A stretch of DNA of 64,000 nucleotides from Lytechinus pictus (Eukaryota). The position numbers and the translations under genes were made by a program. Positions 12,801 through 25,392 of this stretch are shown here, piece by piece. The notes below the pieces were generated by a model. That model saw only the letters and a list, made by a program, of their open reading frames with translations, had not been told where the DNA came from and did no database searches. Position 1 is the first letter of the stretch, and each line of letters starts with the position of its first letter. The stretch lies in assembly GCF_037042905.1 (NCBI RefSeq), contig NC_087245.1, forward strand, positions 2,978,001 through 3,042,000, written 5' to 3'.

Positions 12801-15093
12801 ATTGTTAACAAGAAGGAACACAAGTTAAAGAAGGGCACTGGTTTTCATCTTGATATGTTTATCATGGGATTCTTGACAGCCCTATCAGGAATCTTAGGTC
12901 TACCTTGGATGTGTGCTGCTACAGTCAGAACAGTCTCTCATGTAGCTAGTCTAAGTGTCATGACTAGGACTGATGCTCCAGGTGTGAAACCAAGACTAGA
13001 CCACATCAAAGACCAAAGGATGACCAATTTCTTTGTTAGTCTTGCCATAGGTCAGTTTCATCAATAATTATTCAGTTAGTTTCCTTGCATTACATTAAAT
13101 TCCAGCTGCCTGTGAAAGTTATAAACCAGTGATGATATTAACAGTTGGCCTCAGATGTAAATAATCATATCTGATTAATACACCTTTGTAAAATCACACA
13201 GACACACAGAAAGCAATTATTTTAAAGTCATTATTGGCAAAACTATTATATATATATTTGGAAATGACATCATTGTGAATGATATGTTAAATTTTTATTG
13301 ATCATTAGGCATGCATCTGAGCTTGGATTTTCTGTTCATAGTTTTAATGCTTGATTCATGAGATATAACATATGTACAGTGCTCTCCTTCAAAAGCACTA
13401 AATAAAGAACTACGATTGATTGTGTCTTGCTGCTTCACACAGGTTTATCATTATATATGGCACCATTGTTGAGAGAGGTGCCAATAGCTGTACTTCTAGG
13501 AGTCTTCTTATACCTTGGACTCTGTTCATTGAGTGGTCTCCAAATGATAGAAAGAATTAAAGTATTCTTTATGCCAAGCAAACATCATCCGGATGTCAAG
13601 TATATCAGAATGGTAAGTTAATTATTTGATGGAAGATGATAGAACAGAAAGATGGAGGGTGGATAGGAGTGATAGAAGAATGGATTGATGAAGATAGGAA
13701 GTGAAGAGATTGGAGGACGGAAGAAGATGGTACATACATGTTTGTATTATTAGACTGATGGTGGTTGAGTGCAATAATTAAAATAGGATTAATAGAATGA
13801 GGGAAAATATCTGAATACTGATCATTCAAAGACTGGATTGATGAATTGTTAAAGAATAGATGAATGGTTAAAGAATAGATGAATGCAAAATGTAAGTGGA
13901 TGGATGATTTGTTGAGAAGATGGTCAAGCAGAAAAATGGAGTGTTGATGAATTGCAAATCGGAAATAAAAGAAAGTGTTTTGCTCATGAGGAATGGATAT
14001 TATATGGGTGGATGGTAGAATGTTGAATGGGTGGATTGAGGGATGGATAGAGGAATGAATGGATACCAGATGGATGATAGAATTTATGGATGTAAACCTG
14101 GGGTTATTTGTGCATGAACTAAAATGTAATATGGTTTTTGTTCTGAAACAATTATATGCAGGCAAGTATATGATCATCTCCAAGAAGCTTTAATTCAGAT
14201 ATACCTTTCAATGTTTTCTAACCCTAGGCCACAATATTTTTGTGGATGAAATTTCTAATAATTGTTCAATCTTTTACCAGGTAAAAGCATGGAAGATCCA
14301 CCTGTTTACATCTATTCAGCTTGTATGTCTCGTAGCCGTCTGGATGATCAAGACGTCCATCATTGCTATCTGTTTCCCATTCTTCTTCATCCTTCTTGTG
14401 GCAATCCGTAGGCTCATGAGGTTTATCTATACTGATCAAGAGCTGGAAGCTGTAAGCATACTTTATTATCACTATTGCAGTTGAATCTACTTCACTTTGA
14501 TTATCAGATTATTTTAAAAATACATTGTCTTTGCTCATTACCATTTCAACATTTCATTGTCCATGAAATTTTCATTTGAAATCAATACACCTGTTCAACT
14601 CTTTTTTAAGTGTAGGATAAGATCTACAGATGCTGGATTATGCTATTTCAGCAAACTATACAAAAGATGGCAATTTACTTACTTGGAAATTAAACAATTA
14701 ACAGAATGTTGTGGAGAATGACACAACTGGTTGACCAAAGCAATCCAGGGTAAAGTTGTCCATAGCTGGTAATAGTTTAATAAGTGATTTAAATTACTTG
14801 TTGCTATACCTGGAAAGCTGTCAGGTTTTTAAGAACAGTTATGATTCCTGGAGTATGCAATTGAAATAAAAACATTTAGTGAACAGACTTTTGGCAAATA
14901 AGGTGAACATCAAAGCTGTAGGGTAGTGTAATAGCAATATAGGTAGTAAAAGCAGTGATGATTTTAATGCATTTCCTTCTTTCTTTCTTTCTCTCTCTCT
15001 TTTATTCATAAACAGTTGGATGACGAAGAATCTGAAGAAGAAATTGATGGATCTATGGCTGATGAATACCAAGCCACTCATATGCCTGTTTAG
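802..15093 (+). CDS. SLC4A2-like: SLC4 anion exchanger, AE2/band 3-like (paralog 1), 5'-partial, 16 coding exons in window
   Basis: Manually spliced GT-AG exons, all phase-compatible: 802-887, 1605-1803, 2278-2416, 5182-5362, 5906-6207, 6681-6973, 7399-7590 (alternative acceptor 7378), 8420-8568, 9110-9304, 10370-10771, 11093-11182, 12152-12318, 12797-13050, 13443-13612, 14281-14451, 15016-15093 (TAG). SLC4 motifs: [73 protein letters not shown] (Glu as AE1 E681), AATVR, C-terminus [10 protein letters not shown]. The start codon lies upstream of the window. Confidence 0.93.
1120..1322. mobile_element. Truncated GGCCCG-terminus (PIF/Harbinger-like) MITE
   Basis: Starts GGCCCGAATTCACAAAG, resembling the termini at 7936 and 36601. 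The right end is missing where the next MITE sits. Confidence 0.45.
1334..1472. mobile_element. hAT-like MITE
   Basis: 13-bp TIR CAGGGGCCGCGGA / TCCGCGGCCCCTG, flanked by the 5-bp direct repeat TGGTT. Confidence 0.75.
3257..3731 (+). mobile_element. CCCGGG/poly-G-terminus non-autonomous DNA transposon (family A)
   Basis: Poly-G/poly-C imperfect TIRs and 8-bp TSD CCCAATCC (3249-3256 and 3732-3739). Body homologous to the reverse complement of 32262-33596 (GGCACTCACATATATT..GTGGTATG..GCCGCTTTGATGACCCCCTTTTTCAGAC). Confidence 0.8.
4503..4969. mobile_element. TIR element with 21-bp perfect inverted termini
   Basis: AATTCTCGCTACCCCAAATAG at 4503 and CTATTTGGGGTAGCGAGAATT ending at 4969; CpG-rich interior; no clear TSD. 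Confidence 0.75.
7936..8172. mobile_element. Harbinger-like MITE (family B)
   Basis: Termini GGCCCGTATTCTGAA / TTCAGAATCCGG; shares TTAGACCATGGTCTAACTCTG with 19951-20228. Confidence 0.65.
9538..10076. mobile_element. Tc1/mariner-type MITE
   Basis: TA|CAGTGCATCTCAAAAAAAGGAAAC ... GTTTCCTTTTTTGTGGGATGCACTG|TA; TA TSD. Confidence 0.8.
11729..12013. mobile_element. hAT-like MITE
   Basis: TIR CAGGGATGGATCCAGG / CCTGGATCCGCGCCTG; 8-bp TSD CACAGTGG / CTCAGTGG (1 mismatch); internal duplication of about 45 bp. Confidence 0.8.
12350..12780. repeat. Degenerate (GAT)n trinucleotide repeat in an intron
   Basis: Runs of GATGAT/GACGAT. Confidence 0.85.
13625..14095. repeat. Degenerate (GGAT/GAAT)n low-complexity repeat in an intron
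   Basis: Recurrent GATGGATG/GAATGGAT units. Confidence 0.7.
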
Positions 15094-15539
15094 ATTTACA
15101 CCAAGATACCAAAGCTGAAAGAATATTTGAAATTTCAAGCACCATACATTTGTGTTAACTGTATTGCAGTATTGATGGAGGAAGTGTGCAATGTCTTTGC
15201 TTGTTCCTGTACGTACCATTCAGAAGATGGAAGCTCTGCAGAATAACTGGGCCACTTAAGTTGCTTGAATATATAGTGTTGATTGTGCTGCTCAGGCGTA
15301 GCACATTACCATCAGAGTAAAGTGAAGGATTTTAGAATAATGAATAGGCAAAGAATATGAGCTTGAGTAGCACAACTTGCTGTCATCAATTAAATACACC
15401 AGGGAGTTGTTTTCTCGAAGTAAGAATGACTTAGAGACATGCTTCAATCTCAATGCACACATGTTATTCAAGGCTTAATCTAATTGATGGATACACTGTA
15501 ATGATCTGACCAATGCGATGATGCATTGTATACCATACG

Positions 15540-15905
15540 CAACTGAAATTTAAGTGTGACTCTAAAAGTCCTGATCCCACTCCTTTTTTGTTATTCATAA
15601 ATGATTTACCCCAATGTTCAAATATGCTCAACTTTGTGTAATTCACAGATGACACGTGTGTCTCTTATGTCTGGTAGCAATATTGGTTTTCTGTTTAGAG
15701 ATATGAGTTTATAACTTAAAAAAGATTAATGAGTGGATGTCAGATTGTGAATACTTAAAAAACCAATTATATATTGTTTAAGTTATTTATGCAAGCGAAT
15801 GACAGATAACTTGAAATTGCACTATAACAACATTAAAATTACTCAACTTCACAGTGTAAAATTTTAAAGTATTTTTATGGATGACAATTTGTCTTGGAAC
15901 ATTAA
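15540..15905 (+). mobile_element. Old, degenerate CR1/L2-clade LINE reverse transcriptase fragment
   Basis: Translates in pieces to FLLFINDLPQCSNMLNFV*FTDDT ... KTNYILF ... MDDNLSW, the RT domain 4-7 motifs, with stops and frameshifts. Confidence 0.7.
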
Positions 15906-15944
15906 TTTATGGTACGATTCACTACTAAAAGAAATATACAGAAA

Positions 15945-16076
15945 ATTTTCATTTTACAAAACAAACAATCCGCCAGATAAATTGTTAAAACAAACATGCA
16001 TTTTAGATATTGACATTGCTGGCCGTCCATAGTTGTGATTGATTGGATCAATCACAACTCTTTGTAAGACGGGCCC
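15945..16076. mobile_element. Partial Harbinger-like MITE (family C)
   Basis: Ends GATTGGATCAATCACAACTCTTTGTAAGACGGGCCCC, matching the right end of 36601-36864. Confidence 0.6.
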
Positions 16077-19000
16077 CAGTTGTGCTTCCTTTGACCCTCT
16101 CTACATGTAAAATATATTACTTATGTCAATGATTTGTATATATAGTTTTTAATTGTGGAAATAAAGTTGAATTGAATAGAGACACCAACAAAGCAGACAT
16201 ACAATGCCACAGTGACATAGAATAAATCTATGATGACCAAATAATTTAGTGCAGTATTGTTGTAACAATAATTGTACAATAATATGTGTCATTAAATGGC
16301 GATCAAAGATTTACCAAGTGATGGGTAGTACATGTGTGTATATATATATCCTAATCAAGGTGTGCTTGTAAAAGAATTATTGCAAATATTTGCAATCATG
16401 ATTTTGTGCAGTATTTGGGTATAACATGTTGCTTTTTTCCTGAGGAATAATGATGACAACCCCCCCCCCCCAAATGCTCTAGTAACTGTGCAATTTGGTG
16501 ATTTCCAAGTATTGAAATATCCACTCAATAGAAATAAAAGAAAAGGTAATCATTTAATGCAGGCGGTCCTTATATTAGCAGTAATGCAAAATTATATGAA
16601 AGGGGGCAAATATGTTGTGGACAGGTAATCCTTCGAGATTTGGTAAAGAGTGAAGAAGTTTTTATTGTAATAACATCCGGGATTTGCCATTTCAAAATAA
16701 AAATCATTGTATGCACATATTCAATGTAACCTTTCAAAATTGTTGCCATAAAGTTTGCATTGAAGCCTAGCTGATTACATAATGGCATTCCTTATTCACA
16801 CCGAGACTGGTATGGCAAAAAATGCGGCAGGGAGTATGCCTGACCTTAAATGTTATTATTTGATTAGGGTGGGACTTTAAAAAATAAAACAAATATTTTG
16901 ATGTGTCACAACAACAATTGGGCAAATAGGATTGTACTTTACTTTTTTTTGCAATAAGGAAAACCTTATTTTATTCAGTAATATTTGTTTGACAAGTCAT
17001 TATACTTTTTAGTTTAAAATTCCACACAAAAATGTAAATATCTGTATGTTGTTGACACAATAATTGTTTTGAAAATATTTATCAGTTCTATATAAGTGTC
17101 ATAATTGATTCTATATCATCATTTTTCTTTACATTTCAAATTTAGCCTGACCTATTGGATTTGAATAATAACATTGTTGATGATAACTATTGCTTTATTA
17201 TTTATTTTGTATTATGTGACTTATTTGAGAATATGTAGGGCCATACTTGCTATCATTTTTATGATTGAATTGTGGGCTTCCACATTGCGGATATCATATT
17301 GAATTATTTGAAAACCCCAAACTCAGCTTAAAGTTTTCCTGTAAATAGTTATCAGAATGCAGTTTATATATTCCCTTTTTTAAGGAAAGCAAAATGAGCT
17401 CTAAAAATGCTCCAAAAATATCATACATGCTTAATTGTTTGGAAACCAAAAGAAATCAGCTTAATGTTTTTTTTAAACTAATCGAAACATTATATATGGT
17501 TTATTTCATTTCATTATTTCATGTATGAAATGAAATATTGAGAATGGAAATGACCAGGAGATAAAATGAATTTGTGTAATAATATGAATATTTTGATTCT
17601 CTCTCTCTCTCTATTGCTCCAATATTTAAACTTGGTAACATTTTTGTTGAGTGAAAATTTCCTTTGCATGTTTGTTTTTTGCAAAGTGCAATTACACCCA
17701 CTCTTTGTCATATTAGATATTGATACTCATGCTTCCAGATATATACTTAATATATTTTTAGTGTGAGAAGTTATTCAAATTAATTTTATAATATTCAGGA
17801 TTCAATGAAATGACATTAATATTTTTTATACGTCCTCTTATGAAAATTTGATATTTACTTTTTTTGGAAATCCATTCTATTATAAATATTGTAAATATAG
17901 TCAATCTCCGGAAAAGGGTATTTTAAATTGCAGGAAGTGGTTGAAAATGTATTTTTTCAATCATTTTTCATTAAAATGCCTTTAGAAATACTGCATGTAA
18001 ATGATTGTATATACTCATATCATCCTTCATTAGATTGAGGCTGCTGTGGAACCATTAAATGAATATGTATTGAGAGAATGGATGTCATCCCTGTTTTTCC
18101 TCTCATAGCTTTCTTGGGAGTAATAAAGAATTTTATCACCATTTAAACGGAAATGGGTTTGGTTTGGATATATATTCTTTACCACATTGTTAAGTATTTT
18201 TAGCAACAGCTTATTTGCATAGATCATGACTTTTAAAACGATAATTTCTAACCCATCAGAGCTGATCTGTTACTTAATTAGGATGTCTCAATTTGCTGAG
18301 ATTAAGCAGAATTATTAGGATTTTATACAATATTCATTTTCTTTCTTTAGTATCCTAGATCATGCCTCACAGGAAAGTTCCTTTATAATTAGTGTAATTT
18401 TTAGTCGTCAAATATTTTCATCCCCTTTGAATGCAACATTTTTTTCTCCCTCTGAATATTGAACACCCCTTGCCAGTTGGTATGTACTTGATTAATACTA
18501 ATTTGTTTTATTGTGTTCTCTTTGTGTTATGTTCTATGTTTAACTTTGCCAAAGTAATTCTTATGAATGTATATAATGTATATATATATATATATACATA
18601 CATATATATGATTTTCCATCATTATATACATACTATATATACTTCTTAGAGTGGGTGAGATGTAGAAGGGCACTTTGTGTTTGTGTACTGACTTCACAGC
18701 CTTTTGCTTCTCACTAAAACATATGATCTTCCAAGCAATATGTAAATAAGAGAGAATGTTTAATTTAGTGAGTACCAAGAACAAATTGTTTTTATGTCTT
18801 TCAAAATTTGAAGATTAATCAAACAAGGTAAACTGATGATTGTTTTGTTGAGGATGATTACGAGATTTGAGAAATAAAAGAGGAATGAGTATTCATATTT
18901 TATTTGTTACAAAATGACAGATTTGCTGAATGCTTTTCTTAAGCTGTTTTTATTTTAGTGTTGGGGAAACTGTGTGATTGCGAGTGTGTTATGTGTTGAA

Positions 19001-19950
19001 TATGCAGCTTGAAAGAAATATTGAGTTTTGAGGTTTTAGAGTGCATACATGATAGAGATTGGAACCAATTGGACAAAAGAGAGACTTATAGACCTAAGAA
19101 AGGGTCCCAATAAGGAAATATGTTGAAAAAATAATGGTACGCATTGGATATCAATATTAATGTCTGTACATTATTACATCAATTGGATAATTACAAAACC
19201 TGTTTTTCACTTTGATGATCAAACGTATTACAAATGGCATTCACCAGCAACAACAAAAATAATGGAATGATAAACCAGATTGTAATAAGGGAATTAGTAA
19301 GATTATAAATACGACTGATGGAATTTATACAAGAGAGACTTATATGTGACAAGTGACATAAATGGTGCACAGAGAGAGGTGGGGCAGAGTGGGAGAGAAA
19401 GAGGTGGTGGGTTGAAAGCCAAATACAAAGAAAATAATTACAAACAATAGATGGGGATTATGTGAACCTAGTGAAGAAAGCAAGAGAGACAGAGAGTGGG
19501 CGGGATTTGATGAAAGAAGTTGTGAAGTTGAAAGAGGGTTCTTACATAGAATACACGGGAAGGCACACCACAAAGGCTTATTAATCTACCAACAAATAAT
19601 TGTCCATCTACTACTCGATATACCCCATTAATACAAGTAAAATCCTTCCTTTGAAACGCTGGGTGTGAGGATAGATCCTGTTAAAACTTCAGTGAAAGAG
19701 AAAGAATAAAGAAGACAGTGAAATCATGTATTAAAAATTAGATGAAGAATGCTAGATGTTACATAACTGGTTTCATTCACTCAAACTCATTGATATCCAT
19801 AGGTGCATGGATAGTGCTCCTACTCGCTCTTGTGAGATCACCGGAAAAATAGTCCATGGAGCTATGATTGTACCGTTCTCCAAAACGTCAACGCGCACAA
19901 AGTTCCACACTTTTTCTATGCGTGTGCGTATTTGAGCTGCAAAACTCGTG

Positions 19951-20228
19951 TCAGGTTTAACTTAGACCATGGTCTAACTCTGCTAAAATAATGGGAGCCA
20001 AAAACTAAAAAAAAATCAGTTAATATTGTTTATTTCTTATATTTACTATTTTGTTTTCCTTTGCTTTCATAATGAAAAAAAATATATATTTCAGTTATCA
20101 TTCTGAGACAGTTATAAATGATTTGAGTGCCACAAGAATTAATAAATTGATCATGTATAATAGATTTGTGCCCCAATTGGCTCTCTATAGTTAAACTACA
20201 ACTTTAAACCAAGGCCCAGAACACGGGC
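19951..20228. mobile_element. Harbinger-like MITE (family B), second copy
   Basis: Homologous to 7936-8172 at both ends. Confidence 0.6.
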
Positions 20229-21400
20229 TCCGAGTTGGGCGTCAGGCATGGTTGATCTAATACATGTAAAGGTCTAATGTGGCTGGAAAATTAGCTTTAT
20301 TTCTAATATTCTTTGTAGAACCTTTATGAGAAAGTCCAATTGCTTACATTCATCATGTTCACAATGCTTTTTTTAAATAGAAAATGTCGTAGTGCCGTAT
20401 TTTTTAGTAGAGCTTACATTGTTTCTTCTTTCATAGGCCATGTGAACAAGATAGGTATATTCATCAAATAATCTACAATCGAAAGAAATGTATATTCACG
20501 ATTGAATTGCCGCGTCATATTTCTGAACAAGAACAGGCAACCACAAAAAATCGTTAAAAATTCGCAACTAACTTGTGGAGTAGAGTAATAGTTTTCTTAT
20601 TGATCCATCATCATATAACAATATTATATCATTAGGAAGAATTTTCCCTCTTTAGAGTGATGTGCATTTTCATGTTAATGTATTCATGGAATACACAGTC
20701 TTCATAAAATTGTATACAGCAAATTTAAGAATAAAATCCGTTATTTTCAGTAGTTATTCTAATGGACTGAGTTTGAATATGATATTAATCGTAACTTACA
20801 GTCTAATCATTGTGTATTATCATTTACATGATAAATTTAATATTTTGAATTGCGTTGAAACTTGACATTAAAAAAATAGATGTTAAACACGTCTTAGATG
20901 TTCATTTTGTGGTTTATTGAACATTTAAGATAAATTGAAGTTTTCGCTTCAAGCAAACACGAAGTCACCTGGGCAAATTTCAAAAGACAGTACACATTAA
21001 GAGAAATTGAGACATATACGAATTAAAAAAAAATAGCAAGTTGTTTAAGCTTGTCACTCTAACAACGAGTTGTTTGAACTTTCTTGTAATTGTTTAAACT
21101 TCATAACAGTTTAAACTTTTAAACAGTGAAATACACATTCACGAGGGCGACACTTTCACCAGAAACTCTACCAGCCTTTCTCACCAAACCAATGGCAACA
21201 TCACATGCACTACCACTAATGTTTTATATCTCATCACTTGTAGAGTTTGTAGGGTACAATACATAAGGGAAACCAAGACCACACTCAAGAAACGATTCTA
21301 CGGGCACAGAGCCACCGTCAACACATCAAAGCTGGACACTCCAGTTGGCCGCCATTTTAACCTTCCCAACCACTCCATCACTGACATGATGCTACAGGGC

Positions 21401-21402
21401 AT

Positions 21403-21433
<31 letters not shown>

Positions 21434-22757
21434 TTAATGTTTTATTTATAACAAATGATAAAATAAGGTGGAGGGTAGTTCGGTTCAGTTATAAAACTGC
21501 TTTACAACGAAGCCCTCCCCCTTTACAAACATAAAATAGAACATAAACATGATAATATATATAAATACAAGTGAAAATCAATATAAAAAGTTATAATCTA
21601 TAAAATAAACATAAAAAAGAAAACAAATAAACAAAAAGGAAAGAATACTAGAAGATACTTTGTTATAATAAATGTTTGGCCAATAGGTAACCTCGTTTAA
21701 AAGAATTTATAGAATGTGTGGATTGAACTGAAAATGGGAGTTTATTAAATAGGGAGCTTGCTTTATAAGAGAATGACTTTCTTTTGAATTCAGTTTTGGG
21801 GAATGGAATGTCGAGGAGAGAATTTAGTGCATAGCGGGTACAATATTTACAGGTGCGATAGGTGATAAGCGATTTTAAATAGTTAGGGGCTTTTACATTA
21901 ATTATTTTAAATACTAATAAACAGTAGTGATATTTAAGTCTTTGTTCAACGGATTGCCAATTTAGGGTTGTAAGAAGTGTACACTGCGGTGTGTTATAAT
22001 CCTTATTTAATATTAATCTTGCATATCTATTTTGTAATTTTTGTAGTTTGGAAAGATTTGTTTTTGAACAACTTCCCCATGCAGTGCAGCAATAATCAAT
22101 ATGTGGTAAAATTAAAGCAAAATATAAGGTTACAAGAGTTTTATGGGGTATTAATTGCTTTATGCGGCGAATACATCCAATTGTACGTGATATTTTATTA
22201 CATATATATCTTACATGGTCAGACCAGGTCAGTTGCGAGTCGAGTATAACCCCAAGATATTTCATTTTATCAACACACTGCAAGTAGTTATCGTATAATT
22301 TGATCTTGAATTGGTGATTATCTAGCTTTCTTTTAGTGCCGAAAGGCATGACCATGGTTTTCTGTGGATGAATATACATCTTATTAATATCAAACCACTT
22401 GCATATTAAATCAAAGTCATTTTGTAAATTCAATTGAACTTCAGAAAAGTTATGAGAATTGTTAAAAATAACGGTATCATCTGCATAGAGTGAAATCTTG
22501 GAATTTTTATGAATTCTTAAGTTGTTAATATCGTTAATATATAGACAAAAGATCAAGGGGCCAAGGATCGACCCCTGGGGCACCCCTGATTTCATAGTTA
22601 AAAACTCACTACAATAATCATCTATATTAACACATTGTTGTCTTCCGACCAAGTACGATTTAAACCATTCACGCACCTTATTATTCATACCATAGAAAAT
22701 TAGTTTATCAAGTATTATTTCGTGTGGAATTACGTCAAATGCCTTTTTTAGATCATA
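21401..22757 (-). mobile_element. 5'-truncated L2/CR1-clade LINE (RT and C-terminal part of ORF2, 3' UTR, (TAAA)n tail)
   Basis: Uninterrupted ORF 21663-22757 with DLKKAFD, SGVPQGSILGP, LYADDT, KYLGVILD and IDYCCTAW. 3' UTR stem-loop around 21470-21520 and (ATTT)n at 21401-21435. No endonuclease domain. Confidence 0.92.
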
Positions 22758-23697
22758 AGTCCGTACTAGCAGAGAGAAGTTCTGGATGAAACGACTTCGC
22801 ACCACCCAACCTCATGGCCTGAACATCCAAGAGGGGAACGACTGATTAGTCTTTTCTTTCCAGTTTATATATATATTTTTTTCCCCTCAGCTCTTTTTAG
22901 ATTAGTTATATTATAGTTTCTTCCTCTACATTCCTCCCATATCTCATACAAGCTCAGCTCCAATTTTTGCTTTCCACATTCAGGCGATGTAATGTATTAT
23001 TATTATTTTCATTTTATTTTTTTCTCCACTCACCTCTTTTAGATTGTCTACATATTTATTTTGCTTAGTTACATGTATACTATAAATACTTCATATACAT
23101 TCCCCCTCTCTCATACAACCTCGGCTTCTATATTTACTCTACCCTTTTAGGCAATATGCTTCTCCCTTTTCATATATACATGTCTTATTTCTACCATATA
23201 GTATTATGTTTTTTTCCCCTCACCCCTAGCGGATTTACAATACTAGTTACACCATATAGTTATATATATATTTTTTCTTTTTTTTTCTTTATCATTTATG
23301 TCTTTTGCACATTATCAGTTGTTCCCCTTTCTTTCATTCCCCCCCCCCCCACTCTTATGCACCAGTTTATTATACCTTTCTTTGTTACCTGTTTGACCCA
23401 CCTCCCACTAATTCTCTTGTTATTCATCTCTTCCTCACACCCCTATCACTGTTTTGTTCCAGATCCTGTTTGATGTTGCCTGCCCAATTATCTTAATCCC
23501 TCACAGCTTAAGGTCTTTTACTGGCCTTACTTACACTAATTCCCCTTTGCCTATACTCCTTTGCTTTCATCCCCTTCTCTAACCTGATTGGTCATCACAA
23601 CTCTCTAATGCCCTTTTTGTCTCCTTGTTTTTAGTGTTGCTGTTGCATGTCTATCGTCTATATTATGTTTTGTTCCACTTTATATGTTTGTCAGTTT

Positions 23698-23736
23698 GCC
23701 TCCAACAAAGATTCTGCTAGAATCGAAAGCTTAGGC
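23698..23736 (+). ncRNA. Degenerate minimal type-I hammerhead ribozyme of the Penelope-like element
   Basis: GCCT-CCAACAA-A-GATTCT-GCT-AGAATC-GAAA-GCTT-AGGC: stem I, a CUGANGA box with 3 mismatches, perfect 6-bp stem II, GAAA and palindromic AAGCTT stem III. Confidence 0.6.
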
Positions 23737-25325
23737 CCCTTTTGACTCTCCAAACAAACTTTTTAACAATTTTTAAACAATAGTTGTTAGAATTACGGGC
23801 TTAAACAACGTGCTCAAAGTTTTAAATTGCGTTTTTACAGTGAAAGTTAGAAAACAATGATTTTGCAACATATCTCTTCTGATTGCCCTCTTTCAATGCT
23901 CCAATGTAGCTGCAAATTCCATGATCAAAATAGATGAAACGTCTATGTAAAGAAGAATATTAAAACTTTCAATGATACCAGTTCCATTTTTCATATTTTG
24001 GTAATCAAAATATGTCATCGAGAATACGGACCTTTTTACAATGGGTTTATTAGTTCAAGCTGCTTTTCATTTCTAAATAAGCCCCGCCCTGTCTTTAGTG
24101 TCCCAAATGTAGGGACACCATATAGGGAAACTTTTTTTTAGGGGGGTGGTAAAAGATCTGTCACGAATATTCCAGCTTTTATTTCCTAAACTTGATTTTG
24201 AGTACAACCATTATAAAGATTCGACTGGCAATATAGCTATTTTTCCCTGGGAAGGATAGTAGTTGCCAGACCAACCTGGGATACATATATAATTCCCACT
24301 ATATTTTCTCAAAGCCTGATATGTTTGTATAATAATAGTATATATAAAAGTCCCACAACTGAAATGTCCCCTCTCACTTTTTAGCTCTTGTCTGAATAAT
24401 TATTTTGTTTGTGTCTATGAGAGGAGTACGAAGGGGCAAGGATGACTGTATAAAAATATATAATTCGTGATAGAAATAATGAAACATAATATCTCTTGGT
24501 TTACGTTTTACAACAAAAAGATCACTTGGATAATCATGCAAAAAGCATGCGCCCAAAACACATCGCCATTGGTCAAAGTTCTCACAATTGTGATTGCTCT
24601 GTTTATATGCGATAAGAAACTCGTTTTTATGATGAATGGGAATCCTAAGTCTTTTGCTGTAATGTACACTGAAGCGTGACAAAAGCCTTGGTGATGAGTT
24701 CAAGTTTGGGCTTCCTTGTTCATTCGCCTGTCAGTGGGTTTCATAGCTGGGTTCCCGGAGGTTGACTGGTTGACGTGTAATCAGAAACTCGAGTTATTAA
24801 AATCAGACGACTTCAAAGAAGGTAAGATGATTCGGTTTCCTTTGGCACATGCATTATATGAACATCCATCCTTCAATATTACATCTGTGTTGTTTTAAAT
24901 GCAGCGCGCCGATCAGGAGGACCATTTCCTCTTCTTCTTTTTTCGTGTGTTGTCGAGATTAATGCAGTTACTTGGCTGAGGTCGAGTTTTGTACGATTCC
25001 ATCTGTTTTCTATAATGTTCTTTAATTGGTAGATTCTATGTATTGTTGTAGTCAATATAATGTGTTAATAATGAATGAGAATATCGCTTTTGGTATTCTA
25101 AGAATAATATTGTTCGTCAGCATCAGAAACGTTGTCGATATTACTTTTTATCGAATTCCTTTCGAACAGATGTATATTTTAGAGAAAGTAGTTAATTTTC
25201 TTATAAACTCGATTGGACATGTTGGAGAGAGTCTGCAAAGGTCACTGTGTTTTCGACCCACTCCCTGGCTCCCAAAGCCCCGCTATAACCCATCCCAACA
25301 TGTTTGTTTTTTATTTCCTCTGATC

Positions 25326-25331
25326 TCTCTC

Positions 25332-25377
<46 letters not shown>

Positions 25378-25392
25378 CCCCCCCCCCCCCCA
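25326..25392. repeat. (CT)n microsatellite followed by poly-C
   Basis: Direct reading. Confidence 0.9.

Larger units (their letters stand above)
21131..23750 (+). mobile_element. 5'-truncated Penelope-like retroelement (GIY-YIG endonuclease end plus 3' region), interrupted by a LINE
   Basis: 21131-21403 reads IHIHEGDTFTRNSTSLSHQTNGNITCTTTNVLYLITCRVCRVQYIRETKTTLKKRFYGHRATVNTSKLDTPVGRHFNLPNHSITDMMLQGI. After the LINE, 22759-22845 reads VRTSREKFWMKRLRTTQPHGLNIQEGND*. Typical Penelope GIY-YIG signature (VxYxIxCxxC-x-Y, R..H, HF, RE..W, P.GLN), followed by a pyrimidine-rich 3' region ending in a hammerhead-like motif. Confidence 0.88.
21015..23842. mobile_element. CACTG-terminus TIR element (EnSpm/CACTA-like), split by nested retroelements
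   Basis: 21015-21128 is an imperfect inverted repeat of 23751-23842 (GCAAGTTGTTTAAGCTTGTCACTCTAACAAC vs GTTGTTAGAATTACGGGCTTAAACAACGTGC). The right end is TTTTTACAGTG; the left terminus is eroded. Confidence 0.6.

Noticed and set aside
12489..14183. Met/Asp-rich, His/Ser-rich and HPSI-repeat ORFs (12489-12774 and 13605-14183)
   Set aside because: Translations of intronic simple repeats.
21663..22805. 380-aa ORF as an intact stand-alone reverse transcriptase gene, retron or DGR
   Set aside because: It is a 5'-truncated LINE ORF2. The first ~16 residues come from antisense Penelope sequence across the junction, and the endonuclease and N-terminal RT motifs are absent.
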